Shown here one piece after another: positions 54,142 to 64,000 of a stretch of 64,000 bases of DNA (the stretch's first letter is position 1; each line of letters begins with the position of its first letter). The DNA is from Actinomycetota bacterium (GTDB taxonomy: Bacteria > Actinomycetota > Acidimicrobiia > Acidimicrobiales > Ilumatobacteraceae). Under the pieces are notes generated by a model. The model was given only the letters and a program-made list of their open reading frames with translations, made no database searches and was not told where the DNA came from. Where the stretch lies: contig JBEAPU010000055.1 of the NCBI GenBank assembly GCA_041164245.1, positions 5,114-69,113 on the forward strand. The letters run 5' to 3'. The position numbers and the translations under genes are program-made.

Positions 54142-56048
54142 GAGCGACGCGTCGACACGGCGAACCGGCGTCCCGGCCCGGGATCGGCCGGGCCCGGCCG
54201 TCCGGGAGTCGTTCGACGTCCTCCCGCTCCCGCAGCACGGCGTCGGCGCGGGCGCAACGGACGTCGGCCCCCGCCGAGCGGCGACTGAAGGTCGTGCGAC
54301 ACGGTGGCCCAGCGACGACTCGGCGCGTCGGGAATCGCCGTCGCCGCGCCCAGATCCTGGTGTTGGGCACCGGCTCGATGCTGGCGCTGATCACCTTCCA
54401 GGTGGCCGAGGTCCAGACATCCGGAGGCGACGCGCTGCGTGCCGAGGCGGCAGACCAGTGGACCCGGACCCGGACCGTGCCGGCCGATCGCGGGACGATC
54501 TTCGACCGCAACGGCGAGGAGCTCGCGGTGTCGATCCCGGCGGCCACCGTGAGTGTCAATCCGCTGCTCATCGACGATCCGGCGGCCACACTGTCGGTGC
54601 TCGCCACGGTGCTCGGCCTCGACGTCGGGGAGCAGCAGCGCCTCTACGACGAGATGGTCCGCCGTGAGCGCGGGTTCGTCTACGTGCGACGCCAGGTCGA
54701 CGCCGCCGTCGGCGAGCAGATCGCTGCGCTCGGGTTGTCGGGTGTGAACGTCGACGACGAGCCGCGTCGGATCCTGCCCGGCGGTGACACCGGACGCTCG
54801 GTGATCGGGCGCACCGACATCGATGGGGTCGGGATCGGCGGCCTCGAGTTGCAGTACGACAACCTCCTCACCGGCACGCCGGGGGAGGTGACCCGGGAGG
54901 TCGCGCCGGGCGGGCGTTCGGTCCCGGGTTCGGAGGTGGAGTCCTCCCAGCCGATCGTCGGTGGCGACCTGATCCTGACCCTCGACCGCTCCATCCAGTT
55001 CGCCTGCGAGCAGGCCACGATGGAACAGGTCGCGGTGATCGCCGCCCGGGCCGGGACGTGCATCGTGATGGACGTCGACTCCGGGGAGGTGCTGGCGATG
55101 GCGTCGGTCGCCCGCGACGACGCCACCGGGCTGGTCGAGGTCACGAGTGCCAACGGCGCGGCGGTCGATGCCTACGAGCCGGGCTCCGTCGCCAAGGTCA
55201 TCACCGTCGCCGCCGGTCTCGACTCCGGCGCCGTCGGGCCCGACACGACGTTCCTCGTCCCGTGGCGTCGGCTCCACGGCGAGGACTGGCTCCGCGACTC
55301 CCACGAGCATCCCGACGAACTGATGACCGTGCGCCAGATCCTCGTCGAGTCGTCGAACATCGGCACCATCGACATCCAACTCGAGACCGGTCAGGCCCGG
55401 CATTGGGAGTACCTCCGCTCATTCGGTCTCGGCGAGCGCACCGCCCTCGGCTTCCCGGGTGAGTCATCGGGGATCCTCGCCCACTGGAGCGAACTCCGGG
55501 GTTCCGAGCGGGTCACCGTGTCCTACGGTCAGGGCCTCGCCTCGACACCGATCCAGCTGATCGGTGCCGTCAACACCATCGCCAACGACGGCCTGTACGT
55601 CGCCCCGCGGCTCGTGCGCGGCACCGTCGGAGCGGATGGGTCGATCGCGGTCGCCGAACCCTCACCCACCCATCGGGCGGTGAGCGCGAACGCCGCAGCG
55701 ATCGTGCGCGACATGATGGTCGACGTCGTCTGCGACGGCACGGCGACCCGTGCCGCGGTGGACACGTTCAACGTCGCCGGCAAGACCGGGACCGGGCTGA
55801 AGGCACAGCCGGATGGCGGATACGAGAACGCCCTCGGACAGCGCTCGTACTACTCGAGCTTCGTCGGATTCTTCCCCGCCGAGCGCCCCGAGGTGACCGT
55901 GCTCATCAGCATCGACGAGCCCCCGGCCGGCACCATCAACCGCTTCGGTGGCACAGCGGCAGCGCCGGTCTTCTCCCGCCTCGTCCCGACGATCGCCCAC
56001 GAACTCGGCCTCGTGCCGCCCGCGACCGGGCCGGCGTGTGCGCAATGA
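54138..56048 (+). CDS. ftsI: class B penicillin-binding protein (FtsI/PBP3-like)
   Basis: SVAK (SxxK), SSN and KTGT motifs. N-terminal TM segment. Confidence 0.88.
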   Translation: MRATRRHGEPASRPGIGRARPSGSRSTSSRSRSTASARAQRTSAPAERRLKVVRHGGPATTRRVGNRRRRAQILVLGTGSMLALITFQVAEVQTSGGDALRAEAADQWTRTRTVPADRGTIFDRNGEELAVSIPAATVSVNPLLIDDPAATLSVLATVLGLDVGEQQRLYDEMVRRERGFVYVRRQVDAAVGEQIAALGLSGVNVDDEPRRILPGGDTGRSVIGRTDIDGVGIGGLELQYDNLLTGTPGEVTREVAPGGRSVPGSEVESSQPIVGGDLILTLDRSIQFACEQATMEQVAVIAARAGTCIVMDVDSGEVLAMASVARDDATGLVEVTSANGAAVDAYEPGSVAKVITVAAGLDSGAVGPDTTFLVPWRRLHGEDWLRDSHEHPDELMTVRQILVESSNIGTIDIQLETGQARHWEYLRSFGLGERTALGFPGESSGILAHWSELRGSERVTVSYGQGLASTPIQLIGAVNTIANDGLYVAPRLVRGTVGADGSIAVAEPSPTHRAVSANAAAIVRDMMVDVVCDGTATRAAVDTFNVAGKTGTGLKAQPDGGYENALGQRSYYSSFVGFFPAERPEVTVLISIDEPPAGTINRFGGTAAAPVFSRLVPTIAHELGLVPPATGPACAQ

Positions 56049-57499
56049 TGCGAACGATGATCGATGAGCAGTCGGCGGCCCCCGGCCCGACGTCGGTCCG
56101 GGATCTCGTGGACCGTCTCGGCATCCCGGCCTCCATCGTCGGCGACGTCCGCTCGGCGACCGTCGACGACGTCTGGATCGACTCGCGCTCGGTCAGCCCC
56201 GGCTCGCTCTTCGCCTGTGTGCCCGGGCGCTCGGCCGACGGACACGACTTCGCCCCCGATGCGGTCGAACGCGGCGCCGCGGCGCTCCTCGTCGAACGCC
56301 GACTCGACCTCGACATCCCGCAGATCGTGGTCGAGTCCGTGCGGCGCGCCCTCGGACCGGTGGCCGCCGAGGTGCACCGGCACCCGTCGGCACTCATGAC
56401 GACGATCGGGGTCACCGGCACGAACGGCAAGACCACGGTGTCCCGGATGATCGGGGCGATGCTCACGTCCGCCGGCCACGTCGTCGAGGTGATCGGCACC
56501 CTGGACGGGGCGCTGACGACACCCGAGGCCACCGATCTCCAACGGCGACTCCGGCGTGCCCACGACCAGGGCGCTCGTCACGCCGTCATGGAGGTCTCGT
56601 CCCACGGTCTCGTCGAGCATCGGGTCGATGGCGTTCACTTCGACGTGGCCGTGTTCACGAACCTCGGACGGGACCACCTCGATCTCCACGGGACGCAGGA
56701 GGAGTACTTCCGGGCCAAGGCCTCGTTGTTCACCCGACTCGCGCCACGTCGCAGCGTGATCAATGTCGACGACACCCACGGTCGCCTGCTCGCCGACGCG
56801 CTGGCGCCCGATGCGGTCGATGCCGTGTCGCCCGGCTCAGTCGAGGTCGTCGAGGCCGGCACCGACGGGAGCACCCTCCGCCTCGACGGACGGGTCGTCC
56901 GGGTCCCGCTCCCCGGGCAGGTCAACATCGCCAACGCCGTCATCGCGTGGCAGGTCGCCCGCACGCTCGGGGTCGACCCTGCCGCAGCCGCCGCCGGGCT
57001 CGCCGCCATGGCACCGGTGCCGGGTCGGCTCGAGCGGGTGCACGACCCCGAGTCAGGACGCGAGGTGCTGATCGACTTCGCCCACACGCCCGACGCGCTC
57101 GAACGCCTCATCGCCGACTGCCGACAGATGGCTCCGGGACGTCACCTCGTCCTCGTCGTCGGCTGCGGTGGGGACCGCGACGCGGCGAAGCGCCCGGAGA
57201 TGGGCGCGGTGGCAGCGTCCGCCGATGAGGTGATCGTGACCTCGGACAACCCCCGCTCGGAGGACCCGGCCTCGATCATCGCGGCCATCGTCGCCGGGAT
57301 CCCGGCTGCGGCGCGTGACCGCTGCCGGGCGATCGTCGACCGTCGGGAGGCGATCGCTGCGGCGATCGCCGGCTCGTCGACAGCTGACCTGGTCGTGGTG
57401 GCCGGCCGGGGCCACGAGACGGTGCAGGAGGTCATGGGGGAACGTCGGCCGTTCTCCGACCGCGCCGTCGTCCGCGAGGCACTCGGGGTGGTCCCGTGA
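56036..57499 (+). CDS. murE: UDP-N-acetylmuramoyl-L-alanyl-D-glutamate--2,6-diaminopimelate ligase
   Basis: GVTGTNGKTT, GCGGDRDAAKRPEMG, and the DNPR motif (meso-DAP specificity). Confidence 0.9.
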   Translation: MCAMMRTMIDEQSAAPGPTSVRDLVDRLGIPASIVGDVRSATVDDVWIDSRSVSPGSLFACVPGRSADGHDFAPDAVERGAAALLVERRLDLDIPQIVVESVRRALGPVAAEVHRHPSALMTTIGVTGTNGKTTVSRMIGAMLTSAGHVVEVIGTLDGALTTPEATDLQRRLRRAHDQGARHAVMEVSSHGLVEHRVDGVHFDVAVFTNLGRDHLDLHGTQEEYFRAKASLFTRLAPRRSVINVDDTHGRLLADALAPDAVDAVSPGSVEVVEAGTDGSTLRLDGRVVRVPLPGQVNIANAVIAWQVARTLGVDPAAAAAGLAAMAPVPGRLERVHDPESGREVLIDFAHTPDALERLIADCRQMAPGRHLVLVVGCGGDRDAAKRPEMGAVAASADEVIVTSDNPRSEDPASIIAAIVAGIPAAARDRCRAIVDRREAIAAAIAGSSTADLVVVAGRGHETVQEVMGERRPFSDRAVVREALGVVP

Positions 57500-58539
57500 T
57501 CGCGATCATGATCGCCGGAGCGGTGGCTGCTGCCACGTCGCTGGTCGGGACCCGCTTCCTGATCGGCTTCTTCCGTCGTCGGGGCCAGGGCCAGCCGATC
57601 CTCGGGTCGGAGGATCACGGTCCGGTGCACCACATGGGCAAGCAGGGGACCCCGACGATGGGGGGGCTGGCGATCATCGTGGCGGCCTTCGTCGGATGGC
57701 TGGTCGCCCATCTCCGGGAGCTGCCGTTCTCCGATCAGGCACTGATCGCGTGGGTCGGCATCGCGGTGATGGCCGGCATGGGGCTGCTCGACGACTGGAT
57801 CAAGGTCCGCAAACGCCACAACCGGGGGATCTTCTGGAAGCAGAAGAACTACGTCACCATGCTCCTCAGCTTCGGGATCGCGTGGTGGCTGGTCGGTGCC
57901 ACCGGCATCGCCGAGTCGATCAGCCTGGTGCGCGCCGGAGATCTCGGGTTCCACGTGCCAGCCCCCGTGTGGGTGATCTGGGCGGGACTCGTGATCTGGG
58001 CGACGACGAACGCGGTGAACGTCACCGACGGCCTCGACGGCCTCGCCGGCGGGTCGGCGTTGATGGGCTTCGGCGCGTTCACGATCATCGGCTATTGGGC
58101 GTTCCGCAATCCGGACATCTACGACGTGGTCAACCCGCTCGACATGGGCGTCCTCGCCGCCGCGTTCGCCGGCGCGTGCCTCGGGTTCCTGTGGTTCAAC
58201 GCCGCACCGGCTCGGATCTTCATGGGCGACGTGGGAGCGCTCGGCATCGGGGCGGCGATGGCGCTCCTGGCCCTGACGATGAACACCCACCTCCTGCTCG
58301 TGCTGATCGCCGGGATCAACGTGATCGAGGCCGGATCGGTGGCCATCCAGATGATGGTGTTCAAGGCCTCCGGCCGTCGGCGCCGCCTCTTCAAGATGTC
58401 GCCCATCCACCATCACTTCGAGTTGTCCGGCTGGCCGGAGACGACGGTGATCATCCGCTTCTGGCTGCTCTCCGGGACGTTCGTGGCACTGGCCCTCGGG
58501 GTCTTCATCGGCGACTTCACGGCGATGGCGGGTCGCTGA
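57496..58539 (+). CDS. mraY: phospho-N-acetylmuramoyl-pentapeptide transferase
   Basis: NAVNVTDGLDGLA and PIHHHFE. GTG 57496 overlaps the murE stop. Confidence 0.93.
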   Translation: MIAIMIAGAVAAATSLVGTRFLIGFFRRRGQGQPILGSEDHGPVHHMGKQGTPTMGGLAIIVAAFVGWLVAHLRELPFSDQALIAWVGIAVMAGMGLLDDWIKVRKRHNRGIFWKQKNYVTMLLSFGIAWWLVGATGIAESISLVRAGDLGFHVPAPVWVIWAGLVIWATTNAVNVTDGLDGLAGGSALMGFGAFTIIGYWAFRNPDIYDVVNPLDMGVLAAAFAGACLGFLWFNAAPARIFMGDVGALGIGAAMALLALTMNTHLLLVLIAGINVIEAGSVAIQMMVFKASGRRRRLFKMSPIHHHFELSGWPETTVIIRFWLLSGTFVALALGVFIGDFTAMAGR

Positions 58540-58541
58540 TC

Positions 58542-59906
58542 GTGCGCTCCCTGGTCCATGGTCTCGGGATCGCCGGAGCGGCGACGGTCCGGGCTCTGCA
58601 ACGGCTCGGTCATGAGGTGATCTCGAGCGACGACGCGATCGATCCGACTCGCCGTTCGCTGGCCGATGGGCTCGGTGTCGAACTGCGGCCCCTTCCCACC
58701 GATGACCTCGACCGGTTCGTCGGTGGCTTCGACCTCGTGGCACCGGCACCGGGGGTTCCCGAGCACCACCGCCTGATCGAGACCGCCGAGCGCCTCGGGA
58801 CGCGGGTGGCCAGCGAGATCGAGCTGGCCTACGAGTGGGAGCAGGAGCGCCCCGGCGGCGCTCGACCGATGCTCGCGATCACGGGGACCGACGGGAAGAC
58901 GACCACGACCGAGATGGCCGCCGCCATCCTGCGGGCCGCCGGTCTGCGCACCGTCGCGGCCGGGAACACCGATGTTCCGCTGCTCGATGCCTTGACGATG
59001 GATGTCGACGTCTACGTGGTGGAGTGCACGAGCTTCCGTCTCGCCTGGACGTCCTCGTTCCGCGCCGAGGGTGCGGCGTGGATCAACCTCGCGCCCGATC
59101 ACCTGAACTGGCATCGCTCGATGGACACCTACGCCGCAGCCAAGGCCCGCATATTCGGCGCCCAGCGACCGTCGGATGTGTCGATCGGCAACATCACGGA
59201 TCCCGTCGTGATGGCCCACCTCGGCGCGTCGGCGGGTCGACAGGTCACCTTCGGTCCGGGTGGCGACTACCGCGTCGAGTCCGGTGACCTCGTCGGCCCG
59301 GACGGGCCGATCGTCTCGACCGCGTCGCTGGCCCGCTCCCTGCCGCACGACATCCAGAACGCCCTCGCCGCCTCGGCGTTGGTCCTCGAGACCGGCCTGG
59401 CCCCCGCCCCGGCGATCGGCGAGGCGCTGTCGGAGTTCGTCACACCCCCGCATCGGATGGCCTTCGTCGCCGAGATCGGGGGGATCCGCTACTTCGACGA
59501 CTCGAAGGCGACCACGCCGCATGCCTCGCTCGCCGCGATCCGATCGTTCCCGTCGGCGGTGCTCATCGCCGGTGGACGGAACAAGGGCCTCGACCTCTCC
59601 CCGCTGGCCACGGCCGCCGGGCACCTCCGGGGCGTCGTGGCCATCGGCGAGGCTGCCGGGACCGTGTGCGAGGTCTTCGCCGGCCTCGTCGACACCGTCG
59701 TCGCCGGCTCCATGGAGGCGGCGGTGGAGGCTGCGACACGCGTCGCGCAACCGGGTGACAGCGTGGTGCTCTCACCGGCCTGCGCAAGCTTCGACTGGTA
59801 CCCGACCGGCGGGTACCCGGCGCGCGGCGAGCACTTTGCGCGGACGGTGCGCGCCCTCGGAGAACGGGCTTCCGGGGGTGGGACGAGACAGGAGGGAACA
59901 CGATGA
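58542..59906 (+). CDS. murD: UDP-N-acetylmuramoylalanine--D-glutamate ligase
   Basis: ITGTDGKTTT and FDDSKATTPHA. GTG 58542. Confidence 0.88.
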   Translation: MRSLVHGLGIAGAATVRALQRLGHEVISSDDAIDPTRRSLADGLGVELRPLPTDDLDRFVGGFDLVAPAPGVPEHHRLIETAERLGTRVASEIELAYEWEQERPGGARPMLAITGTDGKTTTTEMAAAILRAAGLRTVAAGNTDVPLLDALTMDVDVYVVECTSFRLAWTSSFRAEGAAWINLAPDHLNWHRSMDTYAAAKARIFGAQRPSDVSIGNITDPVVMAHLGASAGRQVTFGPGGDYRVESGDLVGPDGPIVSTASLARSLPHDIQNALAASALVLETGLAPAPAIGEALSEFVTPPHRMAFVAEIGGIRYFDDSKATTPHASLAAIRSFPSAVLIAGGRNKGLDLSPLATAAGHLRGVVAIGEAAGTVCEVFAGLVDTVVAGSMEAAVEAATRVAQPGDSVVLSPACASFDWYPTGGYPARGEHFARTVRALGERASGGGTRQEGTR

Positions 59907-61165
59907 CGATCGCGATGAAGCGGGACACCGACATCGCCCGGCGCCGGGCCGCGGCACGTGATGCGGCGCGTCGCCGCTCGACGAGCAGTGCGCCGGTGGC
60001 CCGTCGGCACACCGGTCCGAAGCGGACCTCGTTGGCCGAGCTCGTCCGCACCGACCACCTCGGACCACCCTCGCGCAGCTACTACGCGATCGCGACGCTG
60101 ACGGCCATGCTCGTGATGCTCGGCCTGGCCATGCTGCTCTCGGTGTCGGCGCCGGCCCGGGCCGGCGGTGACGGCTCGCCCTACACGATGGTGCTCCGCC
60201 AGGCGATGTGGGCCGGAGTCGGAACGCTCGGGCTGCTCGTGGCGACGGTCATCGACTACCGCTGGTGGCGTCGGGTCACCGGCCCGCTGGTGATCTTCGG
60301 GCTGGGCCTGATGCTCCTGCCCTTCGTGCCCGGCGTCGGCCGCACCGTGAACGACGCCCGGTCGTGGGTGCAGATCGGACCGATCGGATTCCAACCGTCC
60401 GAGATCCTCAAGGTCGTCCTCGTGCTCGTGACGGCGAGCCTGCTCGTGCGTCACCAGGATCACCTCGGCGACTGGCGGCGTTCGACGGCTCCGTTGATGG
60501 TGATGGCGGTGGCTGCGTCCCTGCTCGCCCTCGGGCCGGGGGACTTCGGCGGGGCCGTCGTCCTGGCGGCGATCGTGGTGGCGATGGCCTTCCTCGCTGG
60601 CGTCCCGCTCCGTCACCTGGGGGTGTCGGTGCTCGGCGGGGGACTCGGCCTCCTGGCGGTGCTGGTGGCATCCCCCCGCCGGTTCAGCCGCCTCACGGCG
60701 TTCTTCGACCTCGAGGGCAACAAGGAGGACCGCGCCTACCAGGTCTGGCAGGGTCTCCTCAGCATCGCCAACGGCGGTCTGACCGGCTCCGGGATCGGTG
60801 GCAGCCGCTCGAAGCTCGGATACCTGCCGCTCGCGCACAGCGACTTCGTGTTCGCGATCATCGCCGACGAACTGGGCTTCGTCGGGGTGATCGCCGTGCT
60901 CGGCGCCTTCACGGCGCTGGTGTGGCTCGGGGTCTCGGTGGCCCTGCAGTGCACCGACCCGTTCGGCATGTACATCGCCGGTGGCATCGCAGCGTGGTTC
61001 GGCATCCAGACGGTGATCAACGTCGGTGGGGTCGTCGGCGTGCTCCCGGTGACCGGGCTGACCCTCCCGTTCTTCTCCCAGGGTGGCACCTCGCTCTCGG
61101 TCTCGCTGGTCGCGATCGGCCTGCTCTTGAACGTCGCCCGGCGGGGAGTCGCCCCGGGGCGATGA
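59903..61165 (+). CDS. ftsW: SEDS-family peptidoglycan polymerase FtsW
   Basis: Polytopic protein with QPSEILKV and LPVTGLTLPFFSQGGTS. Confidence 0.88.
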   Translation: MTIAMKRDTDIARRRAAARDAARRRSTSSAPVARRHTGPKRTSLAELVRTDHLGPPSRSYYAIATLTAMLVMLGLAMLLSVSAPARAGGDGSPYTMVLRQAMWAGVGTLGLLVATVIDYRWWRRVTGPLVIFGLGLMLLPFVPGVGRTVNDARSWVQIGPIGFQPSEILKVVLVLVTASLLVRHQDHLGDWRRSTAPLMVMAVAASLLALGPGDFGGAVVLAAIVVAMAFLAGVPLRHLGVSVLGGGLGLLAVLVASPRRFSRLTAFFDLEGNKEDRAYQVWQGLLSIANGGLTGSGIGGSRSKLGYLPLAHSDFVFAIIADELGFVGVIAVLGAFTALVWLGVSVALQCTDPFGMYIAGGIAAWFGIQTVINVGGVVGVLPVTGLTLPFFSQGGTSLSVSLVAIGLLLNVARRGVAPGR

Positions 61166-62277
61166 GCGGGACGGTCGGGCGTTCGGCCCATGCCGTGATC
61201 GCCGGCGGCGGGACCGCCGGGCACGTACTGCCGGCGCTGGCCGTCGCCGACGCGCTCGTCGATCGCGGCCATCGCGTCACCGACATCCACTACGTCGGCG
61301 CACGGCGGGGAATCGAGGCGGAGTTGCTGCCGGGGACCGGCTACCCGTACACCCTCCTCGAGGTGATCGGTCTCCAGCGGCGGGTCACGCTCGCCAACCT
61401 GGCCTTCGTCCCCCTGCTCGTGCGGGCCGTCGCCCAGGCGAGGCTCCTGCTGCGCCGGCTCCGCCCGGCCGTGGTGGTGTCGGTCGGCGGCTACGCGAGT
61501 CTGCCGGCGGTGATCGCGGCGCGTCTCGCCCGGATCCCCGTGGTCGTCGTCAGCTACGACCGTCGTCCGGGGCGGGCCAGCGCACTCGCAGCCCGGTGGG
61601 CGACGGCGAGCGCCGTGGCCTTCCCGGGCTCGCCGCTCCCGCGCGCCGTGGTCACCGGGGCACCGGTGCGGCGGGAGATCCTCGCGGTCGACCGGGAGGC
61701 GGATCGCGACGCCGCGCGCGGCCGCCTCGGTGTGGACGAGGGGCGCTTCCTGCTCGTGGTGGTCGGCGGCTCGCTCGGCTCGGGCGTGCTCAACGCGGTG
61801 ACGGCTCGCTACGTGCGTGAACACCACGACGACGACGCCCTCGCGGTGTTCCATGTGACGGGTCGCCGCTCGGTGGACGACCCGCCCGCGGCCGACGGGT
61901 CGACCGGCGGAGTGTGGTACCGGAGAGCCGAGTTCGCCGACGACATGGCGACCCTGTACGCAGCAGCCGACCTGTGGCTCGGCCGTGGCGGAGCGAGCAC
62001 GGTCCACGAGGTGGCGGCGACCGGCACACCCGCCGTGCTCGTCCCCTGGGCCGGAGCAGCAGAGGACCACCAGGTCGAGAACGTCCGGTGGCTGTCCGAA
62101 CGCGGCGCCGCGACGCTGGTCGCCGAGGGCCAGCCCGAGGCCGTCATCGTCGAGATCGAGCGCCTGCGCACCGAGCCGGCGGCGCGGGCCACGCTGGCCG
62201 CCCGGGCCCGGGAGGCGGGGGCCGTGCACCGACGGGGCGGGGTGGCCAACCTGATCGACTCGATCGCCCTAGCCTGA
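61162..62277 (+). CDS. murG: undecaprenyldiphospho-muramoylpentapeptide beta-N-acetylglucosaminyltransferase
   Basis: AGGGTAGHVLPALAVA and AGAAEDHQVENV-like C-terminal motif. Confidence 0.9.
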   Translation: MSGTVGRSAHAVIAGGGTAGHVLPALAVADALVDRGHRVTDIHYVGARRGIEAELLPGTGYPYTLLEVIGLQRRVTLANLAFVPLLVRAVAQARLLLRRLRPAVVVSVGGYASLPAVIAARLARIPVVVVSYDRRPGRASALAARWATASAVAFPGSPLPRAVVTGAPVRREILAVDREADRDAARGRLGVDEGRFLLVVVGGSLGSGVLNAVTARYVREHHDDDALAVFHVTGRRSVDDPPAADGSTGGVWYRRAEFADDMATLYAAADLWLGRGGASTVHEVAATGTPAVLVPWAGAAEDHQVENVRWLSERGAATLVAEGQPEAVIVEIERLRTEPAARATLAARAREAGAVHRRGGVANLIDSIALA

Positions 62278-62283
62278 CCGCCG

Positions 62284-63735
62284 GTGTCATCCCCCCGGTC
62301 CTCCTCGCCGTCGCCGCTGGCGCCGACCGCCCCGCGCACACCGGTCGTGTGGGAGCTCGACCGGCCGCGCCGGGTCCACGTCGTCGGGGTCGGTGGCCCC
62401 GGGATGAGCGCCATCGCCATCGCCCTCGCCGAGATGGGACACCACGTGTCGGGCAGCGACATCCGAGATCGGCAGGTGCTGGATCGCCTGCGGTCGGCCG
62501 GCGTGACCGTGCTCATCGGTCATCGTCGGGACAGCGTCCACGGCTGTGACGTCGTCACCTACTCGACGGCCATCCCGTCCGACCTGAACGAACTCGACGA
62601 GGCCCGCCGACTCGGCATCCCGACCGTGCACCGCTCCGAGGTGCTCGGGGCGATCTGCCGTCGAGCCACGACGCTTGCGGTCACGGGCACCCACGGCAAG
62701 ACCACGACCACGACGATGCTGATGCGGATCCTCGCCGAGGCCGGCCACGAACCCGGCTTCGTGATCGGCGGTGACGTGTCGGACCTCGGGACCGGTGCCA
62801 GATGGACGGGTTCGGACTGGTTCGTCGTCGAGGCCGACGAGAGCGACGGGACCCACCTGCGACTCCCGGTGCACGGATCGGTGCTCACCAACGTCGATGT
62901 CGACCACCTCGACAACTACGGGACCTTCGACGCCGTCGTCGAGGGCTACGCGCGCTACCTCGAATCGGTCGATGGGCCGCGAGTTGTCTGCGTCGACGAT
63001 CCCGTGGTCGCGGCGCTGGCCGATGGCGTCTCGTGCATCGGCTACGGCATGTCGGAGGCGGCCCGCTACCGAGCGGTCGACATCGTGGCCTCGGGTCCGC
63101 GGATGTCGTTCTCGGTGGTGCTGGACGGGATGCCGCTCGTCGACGTCGACCTGCCGCTGCGCGGCCGTCACAACGTCGCGAATGCGACCGGGGCGATCGC
63201 GCTCGCCGTGGAGTGCGGCGTCGATCCCTCCGTCGCCGCCCGGGCCCTGACGACGTTCGGCGGGGTGGCCCGGCGCTTCGACGTCCGCGGGGTCGACGAG
63301 GGGGCGACCTTCGTCGACGACTACGCGCACCTCCCGGCGGAGATCTCGGCCGTCCTGTCCGGGGTCCGCGAGTCCGGCGAGCCGTGGTCGAGGATCATCG
63401 CCGTGTTCCAGCCGAACCGCTTCAACCGCATGGCCGAGATCTCCGGCGACTACGCGTCCGCCTTCTCGGCGGCCGACGTGGTCGTGATCACCGACATCTA
63501 CGCGTCGGGAACCGAGCCGATCCCCGGGGTGACCGGGAAGCTGGTCGTCGATGCGGTGGTCGACGCCGACCCGCGGCGCCGTGTCGTGTGGCTTCCCCGG
63601 CGCGACGATCTCGTGCGGTTCCTCGCCGACGAGGTGGGTGACGGGGACATCTGCATCTCGATGGGGTGCGGTGATGTCGCCGCACTGCCCGACGAGGTGC
63701 TCGTCGCCCGGCGGGCGCGCCGGGGGGTGCGGTGA
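62284..63735 (+). CDS. murC: UDP-N-acetylmuramate--L-alanine ligase
   Basis: VGVGGPGMSAIA and VTGTHGKTTTT. Confidence 0.9.
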   Translation: MSSPRSSSPSPLAPTAPRTPVVWELDRPRRVHVVGVGGPGMSAIAIALAEMGHHVSGSDIRDRQVLDRLRSAGVTVLIGHRRDSVHGCDVVTYSTAIPSDLNELDEARRLGIPTVHRSEVLGAICRRATTLAVTGTHGKTTTTTMLMRILAEAGHEPGFVIGGDVSDLGTGARWTGSDWFVVEADESDGTHLRLPVHGSVLTNVDVDHLDNYGTFDAVVEGYARYLESVDGPRVVCVDDPVVAALADGVSCIGYGMSEAARYRAVDIVASGPRMSFSVVLDGMPLVDVDLPLRGRHNVANATGAIALAVECGVDPSVAARALTTFGGVARRFDVRGVDEGATFVDDYAHLPAEISAVLSGVRESGEPWSRIIAVFQPNRFNRMAEISGDYASAFSAADVVVITDIYASGTEPIPGVTGKLVVDAVVDADPRRRVVWLPRRDDLVRFLADEVGDGDICISMGCGDVAALPDEVLVARRARRGVR

Positions 63736-64000
63736 CCGGCGGGGGAGCACCAGCCCTCGCCCGGCTCGCCGATCGGGACCGGCGCCTCCGGGTCGAGTTC
63801 GACGCCCCGCTCGGTGAGCGCACCACGTATCGAGTCGGCGGCACGGCGCTCGCGCTGGTGCACGTCGACGATCCCGATGCGCTGCCCCTCGTCGCCGAGG
63901 CGGCCCACCTCGACGGTCTGCCGGTGATGACGCTCGGCCGGGGGTCGAACATGCTGGTGGCCGACGCCGGCTTCCCCGGCGTGGCGCTGGTGCTCGGCGC
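63732..64000 (+). CDS. murB: UDP-N-acetylenolpyruvoylglucosamine reductase (3' end outside window)
   Basis: GTG 63732 overlaps the murC TGA. The frame is open to the window end and reads ...GERTTYRVGGTA...LGRGSNMLVAD. It is absent from the ORF track because there is no stop in the window. Confidence 0.75.
   Translation, partial: MTGGGAPALARLADRDRRLRVEFDAPLGERTTYRVGGTALALVHVDDPDALPLVAEAAHLDGLPVMTLGRGSNMLVADAGFPGVALVLG

Noticed and set aside
56036-57499. MurE as a possible MurE-MurF fusion explaining the missing murF
   Set aside because: The length (487 aa) and motifs (single GxxGxxGKT P-loop, DNPR) fit MurE alone.

Overview
This is a high-GC (about 70%) window that appears to be conserved core chromosome of an Actinomycetota genome. 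Supporting markers are WhiB, MtrA/MtrB with an LpqB-like lipoprotein, an F420-type LLM oxidoreductase, and (from memory) gene order resembling the M. tuberculosis Rv2185c-Rv2192c and dcw regions. I can support about 62 protein genes and one RNA gene, a type-A RNase P RNA (rnpB) on the minus strand at about 18328..18672. Functional blocks:
- galactose use (lacZ-galT), cspA and ppc
- glycogen synthesis (glgA-glgC)
- a class A PBP
- a glycerol/FAD-oxidase operon (glpD, a GlcD/AGPS-like oxidase, a membrane protein and an FGGY kinase) facing a divergent Fe-S/CCG protein
- whiB, trpD-thrB, and a Cho-like DEDD-exonuclease/GIY-YIG nuclease divergent from a NYN protein
- queG, a GT4 mannosyltransferase-like gene, ROK kinases, ppa, glpK and pfkA
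- mtrAB, dinB, and an acyl-CoA dehydrogenase/HNH/LplA-like/desaturase block
- a near-complete dcw cluster: mraZ-rsmH-ftsL-ftsI-murE-mraY-murD-ftsW-murG-murC-murB'

Many adjacent genes overlap by 4 nt (ATGA/GTGA), suggesting translational coupling. I found no CRISPR array, IS element, prophage, tRNA or rRNA, and no convincing novel multi-gene defence-type system. The items most worth a second look are:
- a perfect SOS-box palindrome inside a TTGACA promoter for the Cho-like nuclease
- a Tat-exported ferritin-like gene pair
- the glpD/FAD-oxidase operon
- a secreted repeat protein carrying a perfect 21-bp tandem duplication
- MraZ-box-like phased repeats upstream of mraZ
- the absence of murF from the dcw cluster

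All calls rest on motifs read by eye; no database or HMM search was possible.
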